Below are positions 12,977 through 25,028 of a stretch of 64,000 nt of DNA, piece by piece. Under the pieces are notes generated by a model. It did no database searches and was not told where the DNA came from. It was given only the letters and a program-made list of their open reading frames with translations. Position numbers and translations under genes: made by a program. This stretch comes from Atractiella rhizophila (lineage: Eukaryota): positions 1 through 64,000 of the forward strand of contig MU271212.1 of the NCBI GenBank assembly GCA_021432655.1, written 5' to 3'. Position 1 is the first letter of the stretch. Each line of letters starts with the position of its first letter.

Positions 12977-14548
12977 CAATTTCGCTGATACGACGCATTT
13001 TCTGCAGCTGGCGATGGGTCAGGTGCCCTACGATGCCTAAACAACATCTAGATAGTCAGACGGATCGCCGAAAAAAGGATGAACTTACCCTACCAGTCAC
13101 ATCGGCGATCACACCTTCCACCACAGAACCCTCGCTAGCCCCATCCTCCGCAGCAAGATCGTCCTGCCTCCTCTTGTACAACTCCATTTGCAACTTGGCG
13201 GCCTTAAGAGCGTCCGCCGCCGCTTGTGCATTTAACCTGGCGGCCGTGAGCATGGTTTGCGCAAAATCAGGCTAAAAGCTTCAGAGTACAACCGAGCGGC
13301 GCTCAGCATCGATTGTGCGGGAGATTCCTCGTCGCTGTCCGAAATATTCTCGTAGTTGCTCTCGACCAAAGCTGAAGGTCGTTTTTTCCCGTCGCCGACA
13401 CATTTAGGATGGAACGTAGTCGACATTACGACTAACATCGAAAGCTCTCGCAGATACCCCAAGGGAAAAACCTCGCACCTTTTGCGAGAACTGTGACAGC
13501 GCGAGCAGACGCGACCGAACGCAGTTGCGACATGCCCAGCAGAAAAGTCGCACACCTGAGAGTCATTGTCGCCCTTGGCTTTCTTTTCGCCGCTTTGACA
13601 GGCGCCGCACGAACCTTGCCAGTACAGTTGCTACATCGCTGCGTCCCGATGCTCGCCAATGTGGGAAGAATACGCGGATTCGCATGAGGAGTCGTGATGA
13701 CCAATTCGAGTTCCAGCTCACCCAGATTGATGTTCGCCGCAGCATGGGAATTGGCCTCGCGAGTACCTGGCCAGAAGTACCGGTATTTCGACGCATCTAA
13801 TTCCTTTTCGCCGATTCGAATTTTACCGTCGCGCACAACAAATTCGGCGACCGGCGCACCGGCGAACGGGTTTCGATCCCCAAAGCCGCAGGCAAAATAA
13901 AAGTAGTCGCAGTCACCAGATAGACTGATAATGCTCTCACAACCCCAACCTCGGATCCTTTTGCCGTCGCACCTGATTTCTGAGCGCGCAAATTCTCCTC
14001 CGCCGCTCGACGCCTACTTTCAAGCGCCGCCCGTTTTCGCTCTCCTCCTCCTTAGCCAGACACTTTTTCGTGTCGGACAAGAAAAGTTCCTGTTCCTTCT
14101 TTCGCAAAACAGGGTCCCCATTCGCCGATTCAGAAGGCTGAAAACCAAATTTCGCCGCTTCTTCCGCGACGAGCGCCGCTTGTTCGACCCAAAGCTGAAG
14201 TTCATCCCGCAAGATCTGCATATCTTCCACAGGCATCCGCAGCAGGAACGACAAATCACGCCCATCGCCAAACCCTTTTGCTGTTTCATAAACCGATCGC
14301 ACCTTTTCCACCGCCGACAGGTTACCACACACACCCAACCACATCATACGAGACAAGAAACTCACCTCTGCCTGTACCTCATCACAAAAGTTGATGTACA
14401 AAGGATAGCACCTTCTCCCCCACTCCAACACATCGGCAAATCACCTGAAATTTACCTCTTTCGCCTTCTCCACATCCCAGCAGACCGTGCTTTCCTTTCT
14501 ATCCTTGTTCGCTAAAACGAAGTCGAAGAGTTGCGTGTCGATTGACAT
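12977..14548 (-). pseudogene. Antisense accessory gene(s) inside the chromovirus: coiled-coil part plus Zn2Cys6-like Cys cluster; degenerate
   Basis: ORFs 13937-14431, 13432-13836, 13232-13555 and 13056-13253. Cys pattern CSNC...CDFS...CSRCHSSRKRC spans a frameshift. Minus-strand intron 13037-13088 (GTAAGT...CTGAC...TTTAG). Confidence 0.55.
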
Positions 14549-15164
14549 TTTTGCAGGAAAAGAAGGGAAAGTGATGGTGGAAGAATTGGGAAAATTTTTC
14601 GCCCCAACTAGTCGCAAATCTTAACCTTAAAATTCCGCGACTCACGTACACTAGTCAGAAATTTGGGGGGTGTCGTCAGGTTTGCCCCTACGCATTAGCG
14701 AAATACATCATTTGAAATCACGTGACCTACTTTCACCATGTCATAGGATCATATGCCTACCCATCGTCGCTTTGCTCACGTTCGCGCTGATCGCCGCCTT
14801 CCCCTATCTCACACGAATCGCCGCTCAGCAAACCTTACACATTTCGCCGGTCTGCACCGTCTCCATTATTGCTTTATTGTCCTTTCTCACTTGTACTGCT
14901 CAGTATGTCTTATTTCCAAGTATTCCCTTTATTGCTTTCCTGATCTAGCTATCTTGTATGTTTCAAGAAACATATGTTACAGTTTATGGCAGTGCTTTTA
15001 CATATGTATATATACATCGAGATGTAGTGGTGGTGACCTCAGAGTATTCTCTTAGGTTTACCTCCACTACAGGTTAGTCTCCTCATGCCATACTATTCAC
15101 TTACGTTTACCTCCACTACAGACGCATCGCCCATCGGCAACCGCACATAGTGTTTGCCCTAACA

Positions 15165-17496
15165 CCGGGCTGCACGATACACCCTGGACGTCAATATTGG
15201 TCTATGGTACAACACTTGATATCTCTTGGGGACGATGGGGTTTAAGCTGATATGGGACGCTACAGGGAGCACCACATTAGATGGATTTTCTGACTCTGAT
15301 CATGCCACTGAAGACGCTCTATCTCCGGTGTTGTCTTTCGGTTAGGATGTTCGGCCATTTCATGGATCTCAAAGATGCAACCTACTGTGGCCCGTTTCCT
15401 CAACTGAAGCGGAGTACCTTGCCCTGTCGACTGCAGCGAGGGAGGCAATTTGGCTTCGAGCACTCGTCGCTCAACTGGGTTTTCCTCAGCAAGGACCTAC
15501 GCTAATTCGGGGCGATAACCAGGGGTCTCTTTTACTTGCAAAACACCCATCCAACCATAGTAGGACCAAGCACGTTGACGTGCATTATCACTTTACATGC
15601 GAAAAGGTAGCAAATGGGGACATCGTTCTCAAATGGATCCCGATACAAGAGATGGTCGCCAACGTTCTTACCAGAGGTCTGGGACATCTGCAACTAGGGA
15701 TGGCTATCGAATTGTATTGTATCGGAGAGGCCCTGGTCGATTCGTGGCGGCTTATAAGCCGTAGTCGTATCGTATCGGTAGTCGTAGCTCAAAATCAGCT
15801 TTGCTCGATATAGCCTCTGATACGATTTCGGTGTCGTAGGTCGATCGGCAGTACGGGTTGCTGGAAGGTGACTGACGATGATTCTCTTTTAATAGACAGT
15901 AATTGCCTGTGTAAATTGCATTATGAAATGAAATACAAGATGGTTATGGTAAAGACAAAATTCAGCTCTGTGCTTCGGCCAGAACCTGCATCTCGTGCAT
16001 CTTTTCAGCTTCTTCCGGCTTCCTCAACAGCTCCATCCTCTCTCTTGTCCGATCTAACCTAAGCTTAGCCTTCGTAATGATCAGAAGACGAATAGTGGAG
16101 GGCTTTAAACGATGTCTTCGGATGCCGATTGTGTCCCTTGCACCTGAAAATACCCGTTCCACACCAACAGCGCACCTTTTGAACTTATCAAATCTAAACA
16201 TAGTAGAGGAGAGGCAGAGGACAAACCAGGGATGGAGAGTATGTCTCTTGCCATCCGAGACCATGCGGGCAGCGAGGCAGTCGATTGAACCTTGTACATT
16301 TCGAAGACATGACCGAAGCAGGGAGTTGTAGCTGCTTCATGTAATGATCGACTTCTTGCATGGCTTCGAACTCCGCTTATCTTTTGGTGTCTGTGTGCAA
16401 TGTCAATCAACAAGCGTTCATTGTAAGGAGAGAAGACCCACTCAGACTCCTCATCCTTTCGCTTCTTGGACTGGCTAAGTGCAGTCCCATCCTCGTTGTT
16501 CCTCTTCGCAATATCCACTGAAGTCCTTGACCTTTTTCCTAGCCCAAGAATGTCCAGTGTTGCCATGGTGGCGCGACGTCAATGGGGAGAAGATAGTGAG
16601 GATTTATATGCTGGCGACAGACAGCAGCCATGGGCTGAGGACTGTAAGCACATGCAGCTGAGAGTGATGTGAACAGCATACTATTAGTGCTGTTCCCCCA
16701 AAAACGTGCGCATGGAATCGTGTATCGTAGTCGTAAAATCCACACGCTGGCGATTCGATACGTCTTGAGAGCCGTACTCATATCGAATTGTAAGTCGTGG
16801 TCCTTTTTTGTCTTCGATCGATACACGACTGGCGATCGGACCCGGCGTAGCTGGTACGATTCGACTCTGATAGCCATCCCTATCTGCAACACTTGAGACT
16901 GTGTTCTGAAATGGGCCTTCTCTCATTATGATCAATTGATCTAACTCAATTTTTTTCCTCTTGACATTCGCTTTACCCTTATGTGTTGGCCTAGTCTTTA
17001 TTCTGCCTCGTAATTTTGCTGACATACATATCTTTTGTTTTCATTCACGCGCGCCTTGAGTGAGGGGGGTTGTCAGGATGGCTGCAGATCAACAGCTAAC
17101 CAACTGAACTAAAAGAGCTAATGATGGGTGTTTACACCCATCTTGGTCTGTACTTAAGGTATATCAGGGGCTCGAACCCTGACAGGGGTGTGAGAGAATG
17201 GTACATTCACTTTTGTTCCCTTTAGCCACCTTTTCAGTCACTCCTCTCTTTGCATACAACATGTACCATTCTCCCGTTCTTTGCACTCTTCGGCACGATT
17301 ACACGTTCATTTGTTTTTTCATTCCAGTCTCTGCCTACATTACATACAGTATGTACATAGGGTTAGGTTTTTCTCCGTCCTGATTCCCCAGCGTTTTCGT
17401 TTTCCACCATCTCATATTCGCTGGGGATCAGGTACGTGTCATCATTGCATGTAGAGCATTTTCCACCATCTCATACTTGCTAGGGATCAGCTCACA
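15165..17496 (+). mobile_element. Copia retrotransposon 3' remnant (RT end, RNase H, PPT, 3' LTR 17071-17496), interrupted by a hAT
   Basis: Frameshifted translation gives PGRQYW..YLLGT, GFSDSDHA, SSTEAEYLAL, GDNQG, RTKHVDVHYHF, EMVANVLTRGL. The frame resumes after the hAT (HLRLCSEMGL). PPT TGAGGGGGGT precedes an LTR TGTCAGG...GCTCACA. Confidence 0.88.
15695..16882 (-). mobile_element. Non-autonomous hAT DNA transposon derivative (1188 bp)
   Basis: 14-bp perfect TIR TAGGGATGGCTATC; 8-bp TSD TCTGCAAC at 15687-15694 and 16883-16890; remnant of the hAT C-terminal dimerisation domain (SRMARDILSIPG...VGVERVFSGARDTIGIRRHRLKP). Confidence 0.93.
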
Positions 17497-18225
17497 AGTC
17501 ATCCATCATCTGGTGGGGAAGCCTTTGCAGCTAGATCCGAAGAACACTTCTACCTATGCAGAAACCGATAGATCAGCTTGAAGAGACGAATTGAATAGCA
17601 GTCTATCCATATTCCATGCAGGAGAGTGAAGAGCGGAGAACGAACCGAACGAATCGCAATTGGTGTCTGGAACCCTGAGGAGCTGCTCATGCGCACAAGA
17701 GTGCAGGTAAAGGAACGCAGCTGAACGATTTCTCTGCTATCCTCCATGCATGCGCGTTGGGAAGTAAGCGGAAGGGGGGCATGGTGCACCTCCAGAAGTG
17801 CGAAAGAGGGAATAGTTGCCTCCGCTGCGCTCATTTACAATGCAGCATTGCATGACGTCCTATTTTGCTCTGTGATTCTCCATCACTCTAGTATGACGGT
17901 CGGGCCACAGATAAATTGCCATGCCGTTGTAGACAGAGAGTCACAAACAGGATATTCGCATTGGGCAGCGTCAGTGTTTAGTGACCGCAACCGCACGCGA
18001 CAAGTGCTTCCAAGGCGACTCAAAAGGAAGGAGCTCCCGCCACCTTTGTTCGAGGATTCATCGGCATCGGCCCTAAAGGTTTAGAATGAGTCTTGAAAGC
18101 GCCAACTATTCTTTCTTTCAATCTTGCTCGCCCCGCTTTCAGATCGGTCCGCTATCTTTGGTCGAAATCATATAGTCGTGAGCGACCCTTGACTACATTG
18201 CCTGTAGCTTCAGTTGCTCATCCGT
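17497..18225. repeat. Segment duplicated at ~21534-22273
   Basis: Direct alignment by eye, e.g. CATCTGGTGGGGAAGCCTTTGC and GAGCGACCCTTGACTACATTGCCTGTAGCTTCAGTTGCTCATCCGT occur in both copies; the middle is more diverged than the ends. Confidence 0.92.
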
Positions 18226-18250
18226 NNNNNNNNNNNNNNNNNNNNNNNNN
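18226..18250. other. Assembly gap (25 N)
   Basis: Run of n characters, located exactly at the junction of the two duplicated blocks. Confidence 1.
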
Positions 18251-18437
18251 TGGTGTGATCGATTCCGCATTCCTCTTTCAAGACCACAGGTCATGGTGTT
18301 AAGTGCAAGTTGTCAGCTGCTAATTATGATCAAATAATCCAAGCGGGGCAATTTTTAAGCAAAATATGGGAACTATATATGACCCTGAATACTGAGAGGA
18401 GAGAGATTGCTAGTAACAAACCTCTGTCGCACAACCA

Positions 18438-20607
18438 TCAAATCCGTATGTAGGGAAACATATCTCTCGCTTTCAGAATTCGCTTTTCCTCACTCCTCAC
18501 GGTTCTGGGGAAAATAGCAAACACTGGATCGCGATCATCCGGCTCCCCATAATTTTCCCAAACCAGATCACGGTCCAGACCTTTATTTCCCTCTCCCTTG
18601 TATAAAATGCGAAGCATGTGAAAGTAGCTGTCTGGGGAATTCAGAACATCTGGATCCCATGTTTGCACTGTCGCTGCGAAATCAATCAGGACGACGTGAT
18701 CTTGGCTCCAATCTTGATTTGTGGTTACGAGTACCTGATCCTTGTGCCAATCGAGCTGCACCACATCTGCTGCGTCGAGAGCACGGGCAACGTGTCGACC
18801 GCTCTGGATCTATCAAGCGAAGATTTTTAGCAGCAGCTGGGCCACCATCGATTGACTCAAGACCTACAATACTAAGCTGTCTGTCTCGAGTGAGATTGTG
18901 TGTATACTCTGAGTTGAGCAAATGGCCGTCGATGTATTCCATGAGCAGCCCATAGAGGACAGTTCCAATCGGCAATGTGAACTAATGCAACCTTAAGCCC
19001 TGTGACAACGGTCGCTCAGCAAGCAAACGGACTCGCCTGATGCATCCCGAAGAACCAAGGTACGAGGGAGCCTTGCAGTGGCTTTAGTTTGTCGTAAGCA
19101 AAGGCTTCGTTCATGGCGACATATTCTGCCACCACTACTCTATCAAACCAGCGCACAACTGGATCTTCAAAGTATTCAGGGTCTTCATCTTCGGTAGGCA
19201 ATACTTGGAAGCGATCATCGAAAAGTTTTAAGCACAGGGGAGGAGAAGAAATGAGTTTCCCCATCGATGGAAGCAATGCGGCATCGATAAACCGTACAGA
19301 TTCCTCGTTCAGATCCCTTCGCGATGACATCTTCAACGATCAAAGTAAAGGTTTTTGCTTTCTTGAAAGGTGTTCTCAATCCCGGCATGGTCAAGCGGAG
19401 ACGGTCTTTGAATGGCATCAATATGAGCTCTGGTCTCGGGCGTGATTTCAGACTCCTCAAATGGATAAATCGGACGAGTCATGGGAAGAGTTTGTCCAAT
19501 TTTATGTGTGAAACCGACAAGCAAATCGTTGGGGGCGGCGACGACCTTTTCAGACTGCTGTGAAATATACTGCTGCCATCGGAAAAATTGGCGGGCTCTT
19601 CGCTCGTCTCGGACCAAAGTGCAGGCATCAAAATCAGAATGTCGCTTATGATTAGCGAAGACCTCCTCATCAGAAAGTAATGATTGTGCTGGGTCCATTG
19701 GCGGACCCTCAGGGAGGACGAAGGAGTCGTCAGGTTCTGGAAAAGGGTCCGGAGCGTCAATAAAGCACGAATTTACTCGAAGTACAAAAGCCGTCGTGAG
19801 GACTCTTAAAGTGAGAGCTGGCTGATCCGTAAATACTTTTTCAAAGGTGGAATCGGGATGCGTTGGTGTTGGAGGATAGAAAACCGCTATCTCATTCAGG
19901 TTGGAAACAATGATGGATCTCGACGTTGCCTGTTCCAATGATTCGGCAAGGATCATTTGAGTTCGTGCAGAAACTCGATCTTGTGGATCGAACAAGTTGT
20001 ACGGCTATTTATTTCCTGTCAGACCTATCAATGACAAAAAAGGAGACACCTACCGAAAGTAGAACCTGGGGAGGCACATGAAACTCACCAAATTCTTCAC
20101 AAGCAAATGAAGTGCCAAAGACGCCTGGTGTTTTGAGGTCGAGGGTGGTACATCTCATTGGAGTACGAGATAACGATCTTGCAAACTGACGAGAATGCAA
20201 CTGATTGAAGAGACCGGGTATTGGTTGCAGAAGTGCAGCGAGATATTTGTCAGGAGAAAGCCTGTTTTGACATGAGCGCCGTTACTGTAAATAAAGAAAC
20301 GCATTGCGCACGTTGCAAGTCTAGAATCATCCGCTTCCCACACTATCTTACGCCTGTGATTACAACGAAGCCTTTCTTGCAGCAAGTTTAAGGCACCATG
20401 TAGAGGGCTGAACTTTGTTTCGAGCTTTTTCCATTCCAAGGATTTTTCAAGGTGAGCAGCGCCAACGTTCTCAGCTGAAACTAATGGCTGGCTGTTCACT
20501 AAAAATCGAGGAAGAGGAAGTACATTTGTGAATATCTGATCCGGATGCTTCAATGCAAATCTTCTGGCACCGTTGATAATTGGTGACAGGCCATGCTCGA
20601 GCGCCAT
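18438..20607 (-). CDS. Atypical protein-kinase-fold protein, copy 2; two apparent +1 frameshifts (pseudogene or homopolymer errors)
   Basis: Same exon pattern and motifs as 2798-4970. Relative to copy 1 there is one extra base in each of two T runs, near 19257 and 19353. Confidence 0.75.
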
Positions 20608-22836
20608 TCATTTACCGATATGGATGAAAAGTTGGGCTCACTTGCTAGAATTGCTGAAACTGGTGCGACTGGTTGTTTGCGACTGGTTGTTGGATGATAA
20701 CTAAGTTAGTGACAAAAATAAGAAAAGTGTAACACAATTAAAATGCTTTTTTGTTTGTATTCCGACCGGAACCAACAACATCACGCCACTTGGAGCACTG
20801 CAATGTTGGCTTTTGCCTGAATAAAAGCGAAGGTGAAGCACTGCAGGCTGAAGGCTGAAAGCACTACCTCGGAATATAGCCCCGTAGGGCGTGGATGAGA
20901 AGAACTACGAACTCATGCTCCTTGATTGTTCGAGATAAAACCAAGGGGAAATATAGGGGTCTGTGTCTTGAATTATTTACAAAATTTTCGTTATGCAAAG
21001 ACATAATCAAATTTGTTGAGGCTACTCTTGACCCACTGCATTGCTATTCACGGACCAGTTGCTTCAAGCGCTGCTGGCAGGAACCATGAGTTGTGTTGGT
21101 GCCTTAGCCCTGACCGGGGAAAAGATTATTGGGAATAGGCATGCAATCCTATAGAGTAGGATCTGTTTATTCAAATTATGAAAGTAATACATTTATTTAC
21201 TTGAAAATGCTAAGACACCTCCCAGTACCTTACGAACAACTATTATGCTCGAGATTAAGTATCTCAATGACAGTCGAAAGAGAGAGTCAACCGTACTAAT
21301 GATCTCGTCGCCAAAGATTAACCATCTTTCAAGTGTTGAGGAGCATACCATTGAACAATCACGGCAGACAACAAGTTGGCAGTAGAAAGAGTCGATCTGG
21401 GGGACAACAAGTGTCAACATTGATGGTCAGATGTCGATGACGAGGAATTCGTTCGTGCCAGTAATTCTCCCTATCGAAGGTGCGTCTTCAATGTCTTTGG
21501 TCGCGGTCGACAGCTAATCTTCTGTTCTAGCCAAGTCGTCCGTCATCTGGTGGGGAAGCCTTTGCGGCTAGATCCGAAGAACACTCCTACCTATGCAGAA
21601 ACCGATAGATCAGCTTGAAGAGACGAATCGAATAGCAGTCTATCCATATTCCATGCAGGAGAGTGAAGAGACGAGAACGAACCGAACGACTCCCAATTGG
21701 TGTATGGAACCCTGAGGAGCTGCTCATGCACACGAGAGTGCAGCTGAAACAAACGCAGCTAGGCGTTTTCTCTGCTATCCTGCATGCATGCGCAGTGGAA
21801 GGTAAGCGGAAGAGAGGAGGATGCCGCGGTGCGACCCTAGAAGTGCGAAAGAGGGAATAGTTGCTCCGCCTGCGCTCGTTCACAATGCAGCATTGCATGA
21901 CATCCTATTTAGCTCTGGCTCTGTGATTCTCCATCACTCTATTATTACAGACAGGCCACCAATAAAGAGTCACGCCGATGTGGATAGAGAGTCACAAAAA
22001 TGGTATTCGCATTGTGCAACCTCAGTCTTTAGTGACCGCAACCGCATGCAACAAGTGCTTCTAAGGCAAAGGGCTAGAAGCAGGAGAGCTCCCGCCACCT
22101 TTGTTCGAGGATTCATCGGCATCGGCCTAAAGGTTTAGAATAAGTCTTGAAAGCGCCAACTATTCTTTCAATCTTGCCCTCCCCGCTTTCAGATCGGTCC
22201 GCTATCTTTGGTCGAAACAATATCGTCATGAGCGACCCTTGACTACATTGCCTGTAGCTTCAGTTGCTCATCCGTTTCGATTTGGCAAGCCGGGCAAGCG
22301 CAGGCAAGCGTCTGCGATGGATCTTCGACCCCCAGATTGACGTCTTGCAAAAAAGTTTTGCCTCACCTTTAGCTTTGTTTGCTGGAACGTCGGGGTGGCT
22401 TCCAAGCAAGGACTTGCCTCTGACAGGATGGGATTCATTCCAATCCTCCGACATTCTAGCGGCGTTCGTTGCTCTGATCGCAGACTTTGAGTGTCTCGAC
22501 TAGCGATGCCTCGAAGGTGATGCATTGATGGGCTGAGTGACAGGCTTCGTAATATATTGTGGCCAACGAGAAATGATAGCTCTTGGATAGCTCAAGAATG
22601 CTGCACGACCTGCACAACCGTCGCCAAGAGCCCGGATTGCGGACGATCAAGAACGATTGAGCCACATCTTGATTTTCTCAATTCAATGATCGAGCCCAAT
22701 TTTACGTGGACGTTCCCGCTTCCCAGGCTTGCCACTCACACCAACAAAATGATTGGCAGCCCTATAAAAGGGCTTTGTCCCAGCTTCCCCATTCCTTCTC
22801 AGCTGTCACCGTCACAGAAATCAAACAAGAAAGAGA

Positions 22837-24865
22837 ATGGACCAACTCGCCGAACTTCGAAGGATCTTCAACGACTCGCTCGATGTCATCCAGTCCGAAT
22901 TGAAGGAGTCTAACCTCCCACCATTCTCACTCGACCCAACGCCACATCCCCTCGATGACCCTGCTAACCTTCCCAGCCCGAGGTTGTACGAGGCGAGGAG
23001 GGTGGCAATGGGCAGTTTAGGGATGATCAAGGTAAGTTTCCTGCAAGTCTGCGGCCGTTACGAGGATATGTCGTTGTGGCTATCTTTCTGACGTGTTCCG
23101 GGCTACTTTACTGATGCAATTGTTCATGAAACAGGCCATGATATCCCCTTTGGCGATGACGATGCTCGAAGGCTCCCTGCAGGTTGGGATTCTTTCATTT
23201 CGGCAGGAAAGTTTAATAAGTTTCCTTCCAGTGCTTGGACCAAGCGGCCTTACGTGTTGCGACTGAATGCAAAATCTCCAATATCCTTCTTTCCTCACCG
23301 TCTGGGATGCATATCAGTGAAATAGTGAAAAAGGTCGAACCCGGACGCGCCGTAAACGCGCAAAAGCTGGGTGCGTCTCTTTTCTACCCTCTCTGCTTCT
23401 TCTTCTGTTCTTAGACATCTGACTAACGAGTTGATGGCGAATAGCGAGGTGCTTAAGAATGCTCTGTGCGACGCATTGGTATCAAGAACCAGAAGAGAAC
23501 GTATTTGCCAACACAAGGCTGAGCTTGTTGCTCGTCTATCCAAAAGTTAGTTGGTATTGGTGCCAATCTTTGTTCGTCGTTTCTATCTCCTCCCTTTGTT
23601 TTTCTCATGGGTGTGCAGGGGATATCAAGATGCGCGTGCTGGTGCAATGTTGCCTGAGGTGATTCTCGATCCTAAACATAGGGACAGCGAGCATCCATCT
23701 TCTGGTTCGTCTTCCTCATTGTTGCATGTAAGGAACTGAAATCGTGTTGTTCAGCTCCGATCCTCGCTGCTCACAATACAGACCAGTGGTTCTTCCCTTA
23801 CCTTCGTTCGTGGCCCTTTTCTCGCCCATTATTGACTGAAGAGGTGATGTAGAGACGAAGCCGGACGAGATGTCCAATTTTGCAAAAGCCATGTCAGGCT
23901 ACGGCACTACCAGTTTGGAGGGTTGTTTGGCTGACTTCCCTTGGGAGACGCTTGGAAAGGTGAATCGGAATCATTTTCTCTCCCGACCCTTCAGAATGCT
24001 GAACTCTGTTTCGCGACAAGGCTACGATCGTGGATGTTGGTGGAGGGCGTGGTGGATTCACATTGCCGTTGTTGGAGAAGTATAAGGACCTGAACCTCGT
24101 GCTGCAGGACAGGGAGGAGGTGGTTGAAGAAGCAAAAACTTACTTCAAGGAAGCTTTGGTACGCCTCAAATTGACTCCGTAAACTAATCCTAATGGTCAA
24201 TCAACGTGTCGTAGCCACAAGCAGTAGATAATCGCGTAAAGTTCATGGCTCACGATTTCTTCACCCCACAACCTGTCACCGGAGAAAACCATCATTATTT
24301 CATGCGATGGATCATACATGATTGGAGCGATGAGTTTGCGATCAAGATATTGAAGGGTATCAGCGACGTGATGCATCCTAAATCAAAGAGTGCGGTCTCC
24401 CTTCTTCGATCTCACTAGCATTCGTCGTTTATGGGCGTTCGCAGTTTTCCTCTGCGAGGGCATAATCCAGCCAGCCCATTTGACCGCAGGAGCAGGAGCA
24501 AAATCCGAAAAGACAGCGAAGGACCAGTTGATGGCTATCGACAATTCGAAGGCATATCAACCCATCCAGACCTTAAATGCTTTGCCAACAACGACTCTAG
24601 CGACGAGAGGCTTGTTGGAAGTCGACAGTAGGTCCCCTCGTTCCATTCAATTTTACCTTCCTATTTCTCTTCCACGCTGTGAAACATGGATGCTGATAGC
24701 GCCGCGTCGGTGCTTGTGTAACCAGTGATCATGATGGCCCTTGTGAACTCGACGGAAAGGACGGAGGGAGAGTTCAGGAACATATTGAAGAAGAGTGGGT
24801 TGAAGTTGGACAAGGTCCATCCCACCAGAGGAATCCATTGGATTTTGGAGATTTCGAAAGAGTAG
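22837..24865 (+). CDS. SAM-dependent O-methyltransferase (COMT/OmtA-like), multi-exon
   Basis: N-terminus MDQLAELRRIFNDSLDVI; spliced motifs IVDVGGGRGG, LVLQDREEV, AHDFFTPQP, YFMRWIIHDWSDE, NSTERTEGEF; stop TAG at 24863-24865. Confidence 0.9.
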
Positions 24866-25028
24866 ATTGTCGGTTGGCCCTTCACTGTCAATTATCGTCA
24901 GCTGAATTTGGCGCGATGAACTTTGTGTTCTGATGTATTGAAATTATACAACGCGTAACACCCTGTACCGGTCAATCAAGAGGACATAAAGCCCCAAAAA
25001 CGCGTTTTTGTGGGTATAAATGAAGGGA

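Larger units (their letters stand above)
6896..15164 (+). mobile_element. Degenerate Ty3/gypsy chromovirus LTR retrotransposon; 5' LTR reduced to its last 23 bp, 3' LTR ~14671-15164
   Basis: Frameshifted gag (knuckle CRRC*KIGHWERVC near 8050), protease LVDSGATTSFI, RT YIDDILI, RNase H, integrase (GHPG..C-x2-C, SMDLV, GQTER, GPF module) and chromodomain EWEVEKIVD. G-tract PPT at 14665-14670 precedes the LTR, which ends GCCCTAACA. 6896-6918 matches the LTR end with 2 mismatches. Confidence 0.92.

Noticed and set aside
6381..15164. DIRS-like retroelement suggested by inverted terminal repeats
   Set aside because: It encodes a DDE integrase, protease and chromodomain with no tyrosine recombinase; the inverted ends are explained by a nested sister LTR.
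6361..15190. Apparent continuous Copia frame QFEQN|PG across the gypsy insertion
   Set aside because: The real PG..W motif lies further right (~15183), and the left flank is a minus-strand gag knuckle, so the match is coincidental.
21200..21760. Possible spliced plus-strand gene (intron-like 21480-21530)
   Set aside because: Stops in all tested frames in both duplicated copies; at most a decayed pseudogene with no recognisable motif.
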